64,000 nt of DNA from Candidatus Woesearchaeota archaeon (GCA_964367375.1 CAYIXG010000004.1:59556-123555); one strand, 5' to 3'; counted from the first letter of the stretch, positions 46,248 to 55,803 are shown. The notes: a model not told the origin generated them from the letters alone. Numbers and translations are program-made.

Positions 46248-47192
46248 TCAAACAAGCATAGTCCCTGCCTTTCCCTTCACTGCCATTGGCACCTTCACAG
46301 GAGAGGTAATTACTACTTTCTTCCCTCCCTTTTCCAAAAACATGATCGCTGCCTCAATCTTCGGACCCATTGAACCAGGAGGAAACTGGCCTTCCTTTTG
46401 ATACTTCTTTGCATCCTTTACCGTCATTTTGTGCAGAGGCATCTGATTCTTCTTCCCAAAATTGAGAAACACATTATCTACCTCAGTAATAATTATGAGC
46501 TGTTCTGCCTGAATATCAATGCCGAGCTGCGCGGATGCGAGATCCTTATCAATCACTGCAGCCACACCCTTTAACTTCCCTTTTTCTTTAATGACTGGAA
46601 TTCCCCCACCCCCCGCAGCAATCACAATGCTCTGCTTCTTTAACAGCGCATCAATCATCTTCACCCCATCAATCTTTACTGGCTTTGGAGACGCGACTAC
46701 TCTCCTATACCCCCGCCCTTCTTGATATACTAGGGATATTCCTCTCTTTTTGAGCATCCTTGCTTGCTTTTCTGTATACGCTGACCCAATAGGCTTTGTC
46801 GGATGTTTAAATCCTGGATCATTTTTATCCACAATCACTTGTGTTAACACACTCACCACGCTTTTCCTTACTCTATGTTTTTCGAATTCATTTTCTAATG
46901 ACTGTTCAATCAGATACCCGACTTCCCCCTGCAACTCAGCATCCAACACATCAAGAGGGAGAGGAGGAACCTGCTTTTGTGCAAGCTCATTCTGCACCAC
47001 CAAGAATCCAATCTGTGGACCAGAACCGCACACAATCACTGCCTCATTCTTCTTAACAATCGGAAGAATCGCATGGCATACCTTCTGCACATTTTTCACC
47101 AGCTTCTGAAAAGATCCCTTTCCTTTTACCGGAGAGAGCGCATTTCCCCCTAAACTGATGACCATCCTCACTTCTTTTTCACCTCCCTTCAT
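46248..47192 (-). CDS. arcC: Carbamate kinase
   Basis: LGGNAL, GSGPQIG, PTKPIG, GYRRVVASPKP, GGGGIPV, AVIDKD, GSMGPKIEAA. Confidence 0.96.
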   Translation of the reverse strand: MKGGEKEVRMVISLGGNALSPVKGKGSFQKLVKNVQKVCHAILPIVKKNEAVIVCGSGPQIGFLVVQNELAQKQVPPLPLDVLDAELQGEVGYLIEQSLENEFEKHRVRKSVVSVLTQVIVDKNDPGFKHPTKPIGSAYTEKQARMLKKRGISLVYQEGRGYRRVVASPKPVKIDGVKMIDALLKKQSIVIAAGGGGIPVIKEKGKLKGVAAVIDKDLASAQLGIDIQAEQLIIITEVDNVFLNFGKKNQMPLHKMTVKDAKKYQKEGQFPPGSMGPKIEAAIMFLEKGGKKVVITSPVKVPMAVKGKAGTMLV

Positions 47193-47253
47193 TCATTTGC
47201 ACAGACAAAGGATTATTTAACCTTTATGGAAAAACACAACATAAGCACTTTTT

Positions 47254-47601
47254 TTATTCGTTACCCGTCGAAGACTTCTGCACAATTGCTTGCAACTGCT
47301 GCCCAACATATGCGTCGCTGAGATTCCTTGATCTATCTTTTCCCCTTGCATCAACATGTATTGATTCAAAGGAACCATCTTTTCCCTGATCAACCCCCTC
47401 AATATTTACATACTCCCCAAACATTGTCACTTGCTTTCTGAACACCCTTACTGCTCTCATTGAGTCATTCTCTCGAACCTCATATGCTAATCCTGCATAT
47501 GGGCCTTCATTCACTGTCCCTTTTTTCACCATTTGAGGAGAAGAAGCGCATCCACTGTGCAATGCTGCAACCAACGCAACCAGAGAAAAGAGCCTTTTCA
47601 T
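47254..47601 (-). CDS. Putative lipoprotein
   Basis: MKRLFSLVALVAALHSG-C lipobox-like signal. Confidence 0.6.
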   Translation of the reverse strand: MKRLFSLVALVAALHSGCASSPQMVKKGTVNEGPYAGLAYEVRENDSMRAVRVFRKQVTMFGEYVNIEGVDQGKDGSFESIHVDARGKDRSRNLSDAYVGQQLQAIVQKSSTGNE

Positions 47602-47604
47602 CTT

Positions 47605-48087
47605 TCAATAATACCCCTTGTAAGGATACTTTTGGAAATGGCGATATCCTGTGTGATCATACGGATACTGGTGATAATAATACTTAGGGTACCCATACCG
47701 TGGATGGCGATAATCATAATCCCTGTATCTATCATATCTTCTATATGGATAATATGATGAACCGCCATAATTATTCACCACCACTTTCACATTCCCATTT
47801 GTGGAAGGATATTGCGTTGCTGACGCGCCAGACTGCTTGCATTCCACCTGCGGCTCGTAATTAGAATATCCAGTTACTTGCTGATTGCAAGGAGATTGCC
47901 CTTGATACGCTTGCCGTTGCTGTTGCACACTATACTTGTTAATCACAATCTGCTGCGTCGTTGTTGGAGCATCTGACTCTTGATACCTATTCTCTTTTGC
48001 ACTCGCATAAATGGCTGCCCCACCAGTTATTAGGGTAAACGCAACTACGAACACGATCAACGTCAAAATAAAATTCTTTGTATTCAT
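47605..48087 (-). CDS. Secreted protein with Tyr/His/Arg/Pro-rich C-terminal tail
   Basis: N-terminal hydrophobic helix, Q-rich middle, tail YYPYRRYDRYRDYDYRHPRYGYPKYYYHQYPYDH...KGYY. Confidence 0.65.
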   Translation of the reverse strand: MNTKNFILTLIVFVVAFTLITGGAAIYASAKENRYQESDAPTTTQQIVINKYSVQQQRQAYQGQSPCNQQVTGYSNYEPQVECKQSGASATQYPSTNGNVKVVVNNYGGSSYYPYRRYDRYRDYDYRHPRYGYPKYYYHQYPYDHTGYRHFQKYPYKGYY

Positions 48088-48172
48088 CCTATGTACCCTC
48101 AATTCCTTCTTTCACTTTCTACCTTTATAAGCTTTTTTACATCATAATAGTAGACTTATCAGTATTTCTTTT

Positions 48173-48703
48173 CTAGAACTCGCATACAGCACGCACTACA
48201 TCAAGATTTGCCTGCGTCCGCTTCAACTCCACTTCTGCCTCAGCAATATTTCCTTTCACCCTCTCAATCTGGGGAGTATATACCTCTTCCAATTCTTTAC
48301 TCTTTTGATCATACTCCGCTTGCAATCTGTTACGTTCTGCAACATCACTCCCTAAAAAACCTTTCACGTCAGCAACGTCGTCCTCAGCACCCTTTACATC
48401 AGAGGCACATTTTCCACCATACTCAATAAATTCTTTTTGTTCCTTTTCTTGCACTATTGGCGGAGACACTTGCTCTTCTTCAATACTTTCTCCAACATTT
48501 TCACCAACACTCTTTCCCACCTGTTGCGCTTTCTGCTCAGGAATATTCTGCACCGCAGTCGCTCCAGAAATGATGTTGCTCTTTTCCTTGTCTTGCCCCC
48601 AGAACATATACCCTATTCCTGCAATTAATACAAGTGCAATAATGCCTATCACCAGACCTCTCTTTCCTTCCCATCCAAAAATCTCCCTATTCCTTCTGTT
48701 CAT
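48173..48703 (-). CDS. Membrane-anchored coiled-coil protein
   Basis: GKRG then hydrophobic helix, ISGAT, Cys-bracketed helical hairpin. Confidence 0.65.
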   Translation of the reverse strand: MNRRNREIFGWEGKRGLVIGIIALVLIAGIGYMFWGQDKEKSNIISGATAVQNIPEQKAQQVGKSVGENVGESIEEEQVSPPIVQEKEQKEFIEYGGKCASDVKGAEDDVADVKGFLGSDVAERNRLQAEYDQKSKELEEVYTPQIERVKGNIAEAEVELKRTQANLDVVRAVCEF

Positions 48704-48764
48704 TCCTTTCCTCTTCCTTTTCTTGGTTTAAATACCTTTCTAGCAGATTGAAAAAAACGAGAAA

Positions 48765-49490
48765 CTATCTTTTTGCTATGTTCCAGAGAACATCAAAAAC
48801 TGCTCTTTGTGTATTTCTAATTGCCTTATCATCTATCTTTACGCCAATAATCTCCTTTTCTAAAGTGATGATTGCTATTTTATCACCAAAAATAAATGTC
48901 ATTGCTCGAACATCTTTTAACGACGTAAGAAACTTAAGATTTGTCACTTTCTTTACCTCTGGATTGGTATACCAAAATTCTGTCTTTTCCGATCTCTCCG
49001 TAAGAATTAAATTAAGTATAATGGAACGTTCTATTCTCTTTCGTGCATAACTCTTTGGAATGTGTTTTGTTTCTTCTGTTACATTTATTGGCGAACCATA
49101 TGCATATAACTCTTTTTCTTCATAAATCTCATTTAATAATGTTATAATTCCTTTTACTCCTTCGTAAATGACAACCTGCGGTCTTTTGCTAAAACTTCCC
49201 GCACGTTCTCTTAACTTTGGAATAAGATCTTTTAAAAAATTTTCTTTTAATTTTAATTGATTTAGCAACTCTTTTGGATCCACAGCACTATACAATAACT
49301 TTTTCTCTTTTTTGTATGAGGCAATAAAACCTTTCTCTGTTAGTCTGTTTAGTGTATCATAAATAGTTGACCTTGGTAGTCCTGTCCTACTTGAAATAAG
49401 AGCAACTGATGCATTTTTTAATTCCAAGGTTGCAAGATACACTCTTATTTCATTATCTGATAACCCGATCTCTCGTAATTCATCTTCCAT
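48765..49490 (-). CDS. TrmB-family transcriptional regulator
   Basis: IGLSDNEIRVYLATLEL...TGLPRSTIYDTLNRLTEKG; IYEGVKG; FDVLW. Confidence 0.92.
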   Translation of the reverse strand: MEDELREIGLSDNEIRVYLATLELKNASVALISSRTGLPRSTIYDTLNRLTEKGFIASYKKEKKLLYSAVDPKELLNQLKLKENFLKDLIPKLRERAGSFSKRPQVVIYEGVKGIITLLNEIYEEKELYAYGSPINVTEETKHIPKSYARKRIERSIILNLILTERSEKTEFWYTNPEVKKVTNLKFLTSLKDVRAMTFIFGDKIAIITLEKEIIGVKIDDKAIRNTQRAVFDVLWNIAKR

Positions 49491-49524
49491 ACCTCTCTGG
49501 GGACACTTCCTCTATTTAATATTT

Positions 49525-49541
49525 TCGTCGGAAAGCGACGA
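49525..49541. promoter_or_regulatory. 17-bp inverted repeat, candidate TrmB-family operator
   Basis: TCGTCG-GAAAG-CGACGA between divergent TrmB and substrate-binding protein genes, flanked on both sides by TATA-like tracts. Confidence 0.55.
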
Positions 49542-49596
49542 TAAAATTATATATACTAGTTAATTACTACTTAGTTATAACAAAAAGGACATCAAT

Positions 49597-50715
49597 ATGA
49601 ACAATACCAAACCAATGATTATAGGGATCGTTTCAGTCATTATCCTCTTGATAGGTATAGTAACCTACGCACTCCTTACCCCCACCCAGAAAAAGGATTC
49701 TATCACCATTGGAGTTATTTTCCCCCAAACAGGCCCTATTGCCGAAGTCGGTGGCTTTCTCTTTAACGGAGTTGACTTAGCACTCCAAGAGATCAATGCA
49801 CACGGAGGCGTCCGGGGAGCTCCCCTCAATATCCTCATTGAAGATGATCAGTGTGTTCCTAAAAATACTGTTACTGCATTACATAAACTCATTGAAGTTG
49901 ATGCTCTCCAATTTATTATCGGTCCCTTTTGCTCAGGATCGATGCTTGCAGCAGCACCCATTGCAGAAGAGAACCGTGTCATTCTTTTCTCACCCGGAGC
50001 GAGTTCCCCCGAAGTAACAGATGCAGGTGATTATATCTTTCGAACAACACCCTCAGATATTCATCAAGCACAATACTTTAGTACGACTCTTGCAGAAAAA
50101 TTTGAAAATGTAGCAATTATCCATGTAGAGAATAAATGGGCAACAGACATGACACATGCATTCACTCAGTCATTTCCAAATACCATTGTCACTATTCAAT
50201 CCTTCGAGAACGATGTTACGGATGTGAGAACGCAACTCCTAAAAATAAAAGAACAAAAACCAGATGCTTTACTTATATTTGTGTACCCAAACCATTACCC
50301 CTTTATCACTCAGCAGCTTGTTACATTAGGCATTGATGTACCTCTCTTTGCTACACATACCTTTGAAACATCAGTCGCATTTCAATTAGGAGAGAATGCT
50401 CAAAGATATACTTACACTAATCTCGATTACCCAGAAGAAAACAGCGACATTGCAGCATTCAAGAATAAATTTTTCACTAAATATGACGAAGAACCCAGTA
50501 TTTGGGTTGCCTTAGCGTATGACACAACCCTCATCCTTGGAGAGGCTCTCAATGCTTGCGGTGAAGATTCAGACTGTGTGAAAGACTATCTTTACGCAGT
50601 CCAAGGATATACAGGAGTATCAGGAGTGAAATCATTTAATGAAAATGGCGATATTACAGACCCTTATTATGTCCTTAAAACAGTAAGCGATGGTAAATTT
50701 GTGAGAATACAATAG
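49597..50715 (+). CDS. LivJ/LivK-type (branched-chain amino acid ABC) substrate-binding protein
   Basis: TM anchor, ITIGVIFPQTG, EINAHGGVRG, EDDQC, IIGPFCS, YIFRT.PSD, AYD, GVSG..SFNENGD. Confidence 0.9.
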   Translation: MNNTKPMIIGIVSVIILLIGIVTYALLTPTQKKDSITIGVIFPQTGPIAEVGGFLFNGVDLALQEINAHGGVRGAPLNILIEDDQCVPKNTVTALHKLIEVDALQFIIGPFCSGSMLAAAPIAEENRVILFSPGASSPEVTDAGDYIFRTTPSDIHQAQYFSTTLAEKFENVAIIHVENKWATDMTHAFTQSFPNTIVTIQSFENDVTDVRTQLLKIKEQKPDALLIFVYPNHYPFITQQLVTLGIDVPLFATHTFETSVAFQLGENAQRYTYTNLDYPEENSDIAAFKNKFFTKYDEEPSIWVALAYDTTLILGEALNACGEDSDCVKDYLYAVQGYTGVSGVKSFNENGDITDPYYVLKTVSDGKFVRIQ

Positions 50716-50755
50716 AATATTCCTATAGTATCCCTTAATGGATCTTTCTTCAGGC

Positions 50756-51445
50756 TTATACCATCACAACCCTTGCCACTCCCTGCGCCTTCTTTATCGT
50801 TGCCTTTTCGCCCTGTTTTATTGTGAGCATTTGCGGATTATTATCAGCGCACACGTGCGCATCCCCGCGCTTTATCGTCACCACCACCTTTGTGTCCTTA
50901 TTAACCATCATCGGCTTTATTTCTTTTGTCGCGTTATTCAGCGCGATTCCTAGACCAGACTTAAATGATCTTCTTGTTATCGAATGAAAATACCCTGTCG
51001 ACCCAAAAGGCGTTGCAACAACCACACCATCACCAATAATAATTCCTATTCCGTGCTTTCTGCTCGTTTGCAGAGTAAACCGCAAGGCATTTCTCGGATC
51101 TTTATTTCGCACAGAAATCTCATTCATCGCCACCATTCTCTTTCCTTTCACAATCACTTCCACCTTATCATACTTCTTCACAAACAACTCTTTTTTTTGC
51201 GCCTTCATCAATATTGATTGCAATGACCCGTTCACACATTTTTTGCATACCTCACTTTTTCTTACCATCAACTTCGGCACTCCTGGAAATGAGCGCTCTG
51301 CACGCAACAACGTCCCATCACCACCCATGCATATCACCATCTGTGGATTCTTTGCAGCCAGAACAAAACCTGATCTTTTTACCGCATCCCTTACCCTCTG
51401 TATATCATCATCCTTATACAATGAATAAATGAGAACTCTCTTCAT
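50756..51445 (-). CDS. nadK: NAD(+) kinase
   Basis: GGDGTLL, MNE, GDGVVVATPFGSTGY. Confidence 0.92.
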   Translation of the reverse strand: MKRVLIYSLYKDDDIQRVRDAVKRSGFVLAAKNPQMVICMGGDGTLLRAERSFPGVPKLMVRKSEVCKKCVNGSLQSILMKAQKKELFVKKYDKVEVIVKGKRMVAMNEISVRNKDPRNALRFTLQTSRKHGIGIIIGDGVVVATPFGSTGYFHSITRRSFKSGLGIALNNATKEIKPMMVNKDTKVVVTIKRGDAHVCADNNPQMLTIKQGEKATIKKAQGVARVVMV

Positions 51446-51447
51446 TT

Positions 51448-52470
51448 TTATTCAATACACAATACTGGCGGATTCTTCAACAGCTCGTTCATAATCTCAA
51501 TAGCATGATTAATGTCACGCCGATGCGCAATGCTCGTTGTTGTGTGAATATTCCTGATAGGAATGCTAATCACTCCTGTTGGAATGCCACCCTTTGCTAC
51601 AGAAATGCTTAACGCATCTGTTGTTCCTAAATCAGTCACTTCAAGCTGGATTGGAATCTTCTTCTTCCTTGATATTTCCTTAAATAAGTCGTTGATGCAC
51701 TTGTTTCCAATCATATCTGCATCCTTCACCGTAATGCACGGACCACCACCCAATTTTTTTGTGTACTTGTCCATATCAAAATCGTCACACCCTGTTGTTT
51801 CCACAACCAACGCCCAATCAGGATTTATCGAATACATTGACGTTTTTGAACCGTATAACCCCACTTCCTCCTGCACTGTAAACACAAACATGAGATCTGC
51901 CTTACTCTTTTGCAACCTCTTTGCCAACTCAATTAAAATAAAGCATCCCAATCGATCATCCAATGCCTTCCCACAAATAATATCATTATTTCCCAAATAT
52001 GCCGCTTCAGCATCAATATGCATGTATTCCCCTATGCTCACACCCAATTTCTTCAATTCTTTCTTTGTCAAACCAGTGTCCACAATCAAATCATGCATCT
52101 TCGGCACTTGCGTCATCTCCTCCTCTCCTGTAATCTCTTTTGTTGTAATAATACCCCGAATAAATCCCTTCTTTGTCGGAATTTTGACGTGCTCACCCAT
52201 CAAAGTTATCGGCTCAAGACCACCGACCTCTGCACAATAAATCCAGCCCCCTTCACTTATACTTCTCACCATTAAGCCCACTTCATCCATATGCGCGACA
52301 AGCATCACCGCTGGAGATTTTCCCTTATGATGTGCAATCAGATTCCCAAACTTGTCCACTTTCACCTCATCCACATACTTCTTAATCTCCTTTTCAATCA
52401 TATGACGAATAGGCTTTTCAAAACCACTCGGACCGGAAGCATTAATCAATTTCATCAAGAATTCAGACAT
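51448..52470 (-). CDS. M42 family (TET) aminopeptidase
   Basis: GPSGFE, AHMDEVG, KALDDRLG, QEEVGL, TDA, RNIHT. Confidence 0.94.
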   Translation of the reverse strand: MSEFLMKLINASGPSGFEKPIRHMIEKEIKKYVDEVKVDKFGNLIAHHKGKSPAVMLVAHMDEVGLMVRSISEGGWIYCAEVGGLEPITLMGEHVKIPTKKGFIRGIITTKEITGEEEMTQVPKMHDLIVDTGLTKKELKKLGVSIGEYMHIDAEAAYLGNNDIICGKALDDRLGCFILIELAKRLQKSKADLMFVFTVQEEVGLYGSKTSMYSINPDWALVVETTGCDDFDMDKYTKKLGGGPCITVKDADMIGNKCINDLFKEISRKKKIPIQLEVTDLGTTDALSISVAKGGIPTGVISIPIRNIHTTTSIAHRRDINHAIEIMNELLKNPPVLCIE

Positions 52471-52482
52471 GTTTCCACCTCT

Positions 52483-52668
52483 TCATTCAGAAGCCACCAC
52501 CTTCATCTCCTTTCCGCAACAAATAGGAATACTCTTATCATTTCCACACATCACACACACCAACACCCCCTTCTTTACCTCCATGCTCCCCTGGCAACAC
52601 ATCGGGACTTCAATCTCTGTATCACACATTACACACACTAAATCAGTATGCACCTTCTTTTTTTGCAT
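52483..52668 (-). CDS. Small protein with two CxxC...CC metal-binding units (desulforedoxin-like)
   Basis: CVMCDTEIEVPMCCQGSM and CVMCGNDKSIPICCGKEM; start placed at MQKKK. Confidence 0.65.
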   Translation of the reverse strand: MQKKKVHTDLVCVMCDTEIEVPMCCQGSMEVKKGVLVCVMCGNDKSIPICCGKEMKVVASE

Positions 52669-52716
52669 ACTTCTTCTTGAGAATGCAGGCTTATATAAAC
52701 TTTGTGTCAACCTTTC

Positions 52717-52959
52717 TTATTTTATACCCAGAGCCTTTTTCAATGCAGACTCGTTAAAGCCCACAATAATCTGATCCCCTACTTCAATGACAGGCACACC
52801 CCTCTGCCCAGACCTTTCAATCATTTCTGCAGCTGCCTTTTGATCCTCACCCACATTCACATCCTTAAATGCAATCTTATGCTCCTTTAACCAATCCTTC
52901 ACCTTATGACACCACGGACAGGAAGATGTTGAATAGACTTTTACAGAAGTTTTTTGCAT
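52717..52959 (-). CDS. Glutaredoxin-like protein (NrdH/YruB type)
   Basis: VYSTSSCPWC, SGQRGVPVI, IVGF. Confidence 0.92.
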   Translation of the reverse strand: MQKTSVKVYSTSSCPWCHKVKDWLKEHKIAFKDVNVGEDQKAAAEMIERSGQRGVPVIEVGDQIIVGFNESALKKALGIK

Positions 52960-53217
52960 GCTTCTTCACTCCTCTTCTTTCAACCCCCACAAGCGCTTCT
53001 TTTTATACTTTTCCTTTTCAAACACAATCTTTATTAATAACTCTCTTTCTTCTTTATTATGCATCGTCCCTATTCTCTGAATCGTTCACTTTATCAAAAT
53101 AACCAGGCACCACACGACCAACTTTCTCACCTTTTTTCTTCACGCACTCTTCCTTCTTTCCTTGACCATTCTTCATCCACACTCGATGGAGCACTGACTG
53201 AAGTACACCTCTTTCCC

Positions 53218-53853
53218 TCACTCGCTCCTCTTATTCCACCAGCCCTGCTCCTTTTTGTCCTTTATTCCGCTCAACAAAAGAAGCAAGCCCACCCCTAAAC
53301 TTCCTCCTGCGATCGTTTTTACAAACGACTTGAAAAAAGACTCTGGAAAAAGCTTTAGCAAATTATCTGTTTCCGGATTTAATATCCACAACTCATTATC
53401 AAACATCACCTCATGAAATAGAATAAAACTCTCCCTAAACTGCATACTTAATAACAGTATCCCTATCACTCCTGCTATTGTTATCACTCCTGCTTTTACC
53501 ATCACACCCTTTTTGTTTCCTTTCCCCCTCAGCAGAAGAACAACAAGAATACCCACCACACCATATGCTCCAAAGACCATTCTCTTGTATAATTCATGCA
53601 CATCCTCCATATGCCTCTTTTCTTTTTCATTCAAGAGCGTTGATGAAATTGATTCACCATTCTTAATGAACCTTACCAAAACCTCTCTTTCCTTATCTAC
53701 AGTCTCCTTCCCAAACACATCATATGCACCATTCTTCTCAAACTGACTTTCATAGAAACTCGTGCTACTCATAACAAGCTCAAGATTTAACACAACAATA
53801 ATTACTGCAAGAAGAAGACCAACACAATACTCCTTTCCCTTTCCCATCTCCAC
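53218..53853 (-). CDS. Integral membrane protein (DUF1461/TIGR01906-like)
   Basis: EKRHMEDV, F..FHE..FDN..W...P..D.L...FPE.FF. Confidence 0.8.
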   Translation of the reverse strand: MEMGKGKEYCVGLLLAVIIVVLNLELVMSSTSFYESQFEKNGAYDVFGKETVDKEREVLVRFIKNGESISSTLLNEKEKRHMEDVHELYKRMVFGAYGVVGILVVLLLRGKGNKKGVMVKAGVITIAGVIGILLLSMQFRESFILFHEVMFDNELWILNPETDNLLKLFPESFFKSFVKTIAGGSLGVGLLLLLSGIKDKKEQGWWNKRSE

Positions 53854-53856
53854 CCC

Positions 53857-54345
53857 TTACTCAACAAGCTTCTCAATCACTGCCTTGAATTCTGCCTCTT
53901 CAGCAGCCAAATCACCCTGCACCTCATAGCCATTGCCAATACGCACATACTTACACCCAAAAATGAATGTAGGGATACTCTCCGCAGGATTAAACTTCCT
54001 AAAAACTTCCAGTTCTATTTCCGGAACACTTGACTCCTGATTTCCTGTCAGCAAATTATCATTTGTGTCCACTTCCCACTGATATGCAATAATCTTTCCT
54101 GCAGCTGCATATTCATCTACCACCTTCTTGAACGTCTCTTTAACCCACTGGCAGTGCGGACACCATGATGTGCTGAACTCCCTAATAATCGGTCTGCCTT
54201 GCTCATCCTTGCATACCTCATCTCCTGAATCTGTAAATGTATCTGTATCCTTTGTTTCAATAGTCACCCTTTTTTGCGTGTCTTGCGCACACCCCGCTAT
54301 CACTATCACGCACAAAAGAAAAAAGAACACGAAGAGCTTATTCAT
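53857..54345 (-). CDS. Thioredoxin-fold lipoprotein
   Basis: Lipobox VIAG-C; WCPHC; cis-Pro SIPTF. Confidence 0.85.
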   Translation of the reverse strand: MNKLFVFFFLLCVIVIAGCAQDTQKRVTIETKDTDTFTDSGDEVCKDEQGRPIIREFSTSWCPHCQWVKETFKKVVDEYAAAGKIIAYQWEVDTNDNLLTGNQESSVPEIELEVFRKFNPAESIPTFIFGCKYVRIGNGYEVQGDLAAEEAEFKAVIEKLVE

Positions 54346-54347
54346 CT

Positions 54348-55178
54348 CTAATTATCCGTGTTCAAAAGCTCTGCATTGAGCACCTGCTCAAAGCTCGTGA
54401 AAGGCTGCGCACCAACGATCTTGAAGACAACCTTCTTCCCGTCCGTGCTCTCCCCATAATACAATCCGAGTTGCGGATTATGCAACTTTTTCAATGCCTC
54501 CACATCAGCTAAACTCTTGTCAACCATGGCAAAGAATGTTGGTGTTCCTGAAGCACCTGCCTTTGTTGCATCAGCATTATCCTTATCCACTTCACTCTTA
54601 TATTTCCCTGCATCGAAACAGCTGTTGAACTTGCTCACATCCAACCCTGCTTCCTGAGCCCACTTCTTATAATTTGCAGTTCCCAACTCTTGTTGGTTCT
54701 TAAAGAGCAAGTCATGATATGCCCAGAATTTTCCCTGTTCATCTGCACACTCTGCAGCCTCTGCAGCAGGATGCGCTTCAGGATGGAACGCTAATGGCAA
54801 GTCTCTAAACACAAGCTTGACTTTTCCCTTCTTCACAAAGTTCTCCTCAATCTGCGGCAAGGTTTGCGTAAATGCTCTTCCACAGAAAGGGCACTGGAAA
54901 TCGCTATACTCAATTAATGTTACTGGAGCCTTTGCATCACCCTTCACTGGATCGTCATCTTCATTCAAATCAATCTTTGCATCAATACCTGGCTCTGGCG
55001 GAAGATTTTGTGGGTTTGTTGGCGAGGGAAGTGCATCTTCCTGACTTCCTCCTCTAAACCCTCCTGTCACAATAGAAATGATAAACAATACTGCAAATAG
55101 AATAGTTCCTATTCTCCACAATGATAACTCATCAAACTCTAACTTAATCTTACGCTTCTCTTTTTGTTCTTCTGTCAT
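54348..55178 (-). CDS. DsbA/BdbD-family disulfide oxidoreductase
   Basis: TM, G...APVTLIEYSDFQCPFC, SGTPTF, GAQPF. Confidence 0.92.
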   Translation of the reverse strand: MTEEQKEKRKIKLEFDELSLWRIGTILFAVLFIISIVTGGFRGGSQEDALPSPTNPQNLPPEPGIDAKIDLNEDDDPVKGDAKAPVTLIEYSDFQCPFCGRAFTQTLPQIEENFVKKGKVKLVFRDLPLAFHPEAHPAAEAAECADEQGKFWAYHDLLFKNQQELGTANYKKWAQEAGLDVSKFNSCFDAGKYKSEVDKDNADATKAGASGTPTFFAMVDKSLADVEALKKLHNPQLGLYYGESTDGKKVVFKIVGAQPFTSFEQVLNAELLNTDN

Positions 55179-55320
55179 TCAACATAACCCCCTTTCATAG
55201 TCATCAATCTTTTTTGCTTCTCCTTCCCATATATAAACTTTCCTTTTTCCAAACATTCTCTTTATTCTATATGCATTCTCCATCGTAATCCTTATAAGAG
55301 AGCACTTTTTTTCTCTTATC

Positions 55321-55803
55321 ATGGGAATCACAACCCTTCTCTACCCTCTGCACGGAAAAACACGTCACCTCTTTGAACTTGTTCAGCATGCAGACCATTC
55401 CAAACCTGTCACCATGCGCCTTTCAGGCGTTGTTCTTCACAACGAAGATGATCCAGAACGCATGCAAGGATATGTCACCACAACTTACACAACCACAGCA
55501 ACAGATCGAGAACGTCGATTCCTGAGAGTCCACCCTGGACAATGCTCATTACGCATCGGCATGCGGCCCTTTGGACTCGAACTTGGAGGAACATTCTCCC
55601 ATGTTCTCCACCTCATTAACCAAGACAATCATAAACTTGTCGCAGAAGGCTTAACTGTTATCGTCCATCCTCAGGATATTCATTTCACTCCGAACGGTGT
55701 TGATTCCAGAGGTCTTTACTCCGGCCAGCTTGAAGACTTAGCATGTACATTCTTCCAAGAATCCTTGTATTGCTCTCTTGTCCGAGAACCGCTACACATC
55801 TAA
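55321..55803 (+). CDS. Hypothetical protein
   Basis: 160-aa ORF behind a CTTATAA box; no recognisable motif. Confidence 0.5.
   Translation: MGITTLLYPLHGKTRHLFELVQHADHSKPVTMRLSGVVLHNEDDPERMQGYVTTTYTTTATDRERRFLRVHPGQCSLRIGMRPFGLELGGTFSHVLHLINQDNHKLVAEGLTVIVHPQDIHFTPNGVDSRGLYSGQLEDLACTFFQESLYCSLVREPLHI

Noticed and set aside
51563..52240. Long antisense ORFs (e.g. 51563-52240, 40111-40734, 4485-5222, 60383-61048)
   Set aside because: Shadows of well-supported genes on the other strand, with no motifs of their own
53057..53298. Short ORFs on either strand between glutaredoxin and DUF1461
   Set aside because: Competing 39-aa minus and 79-aa plus frames, neither with a recognisable motif; could not support either
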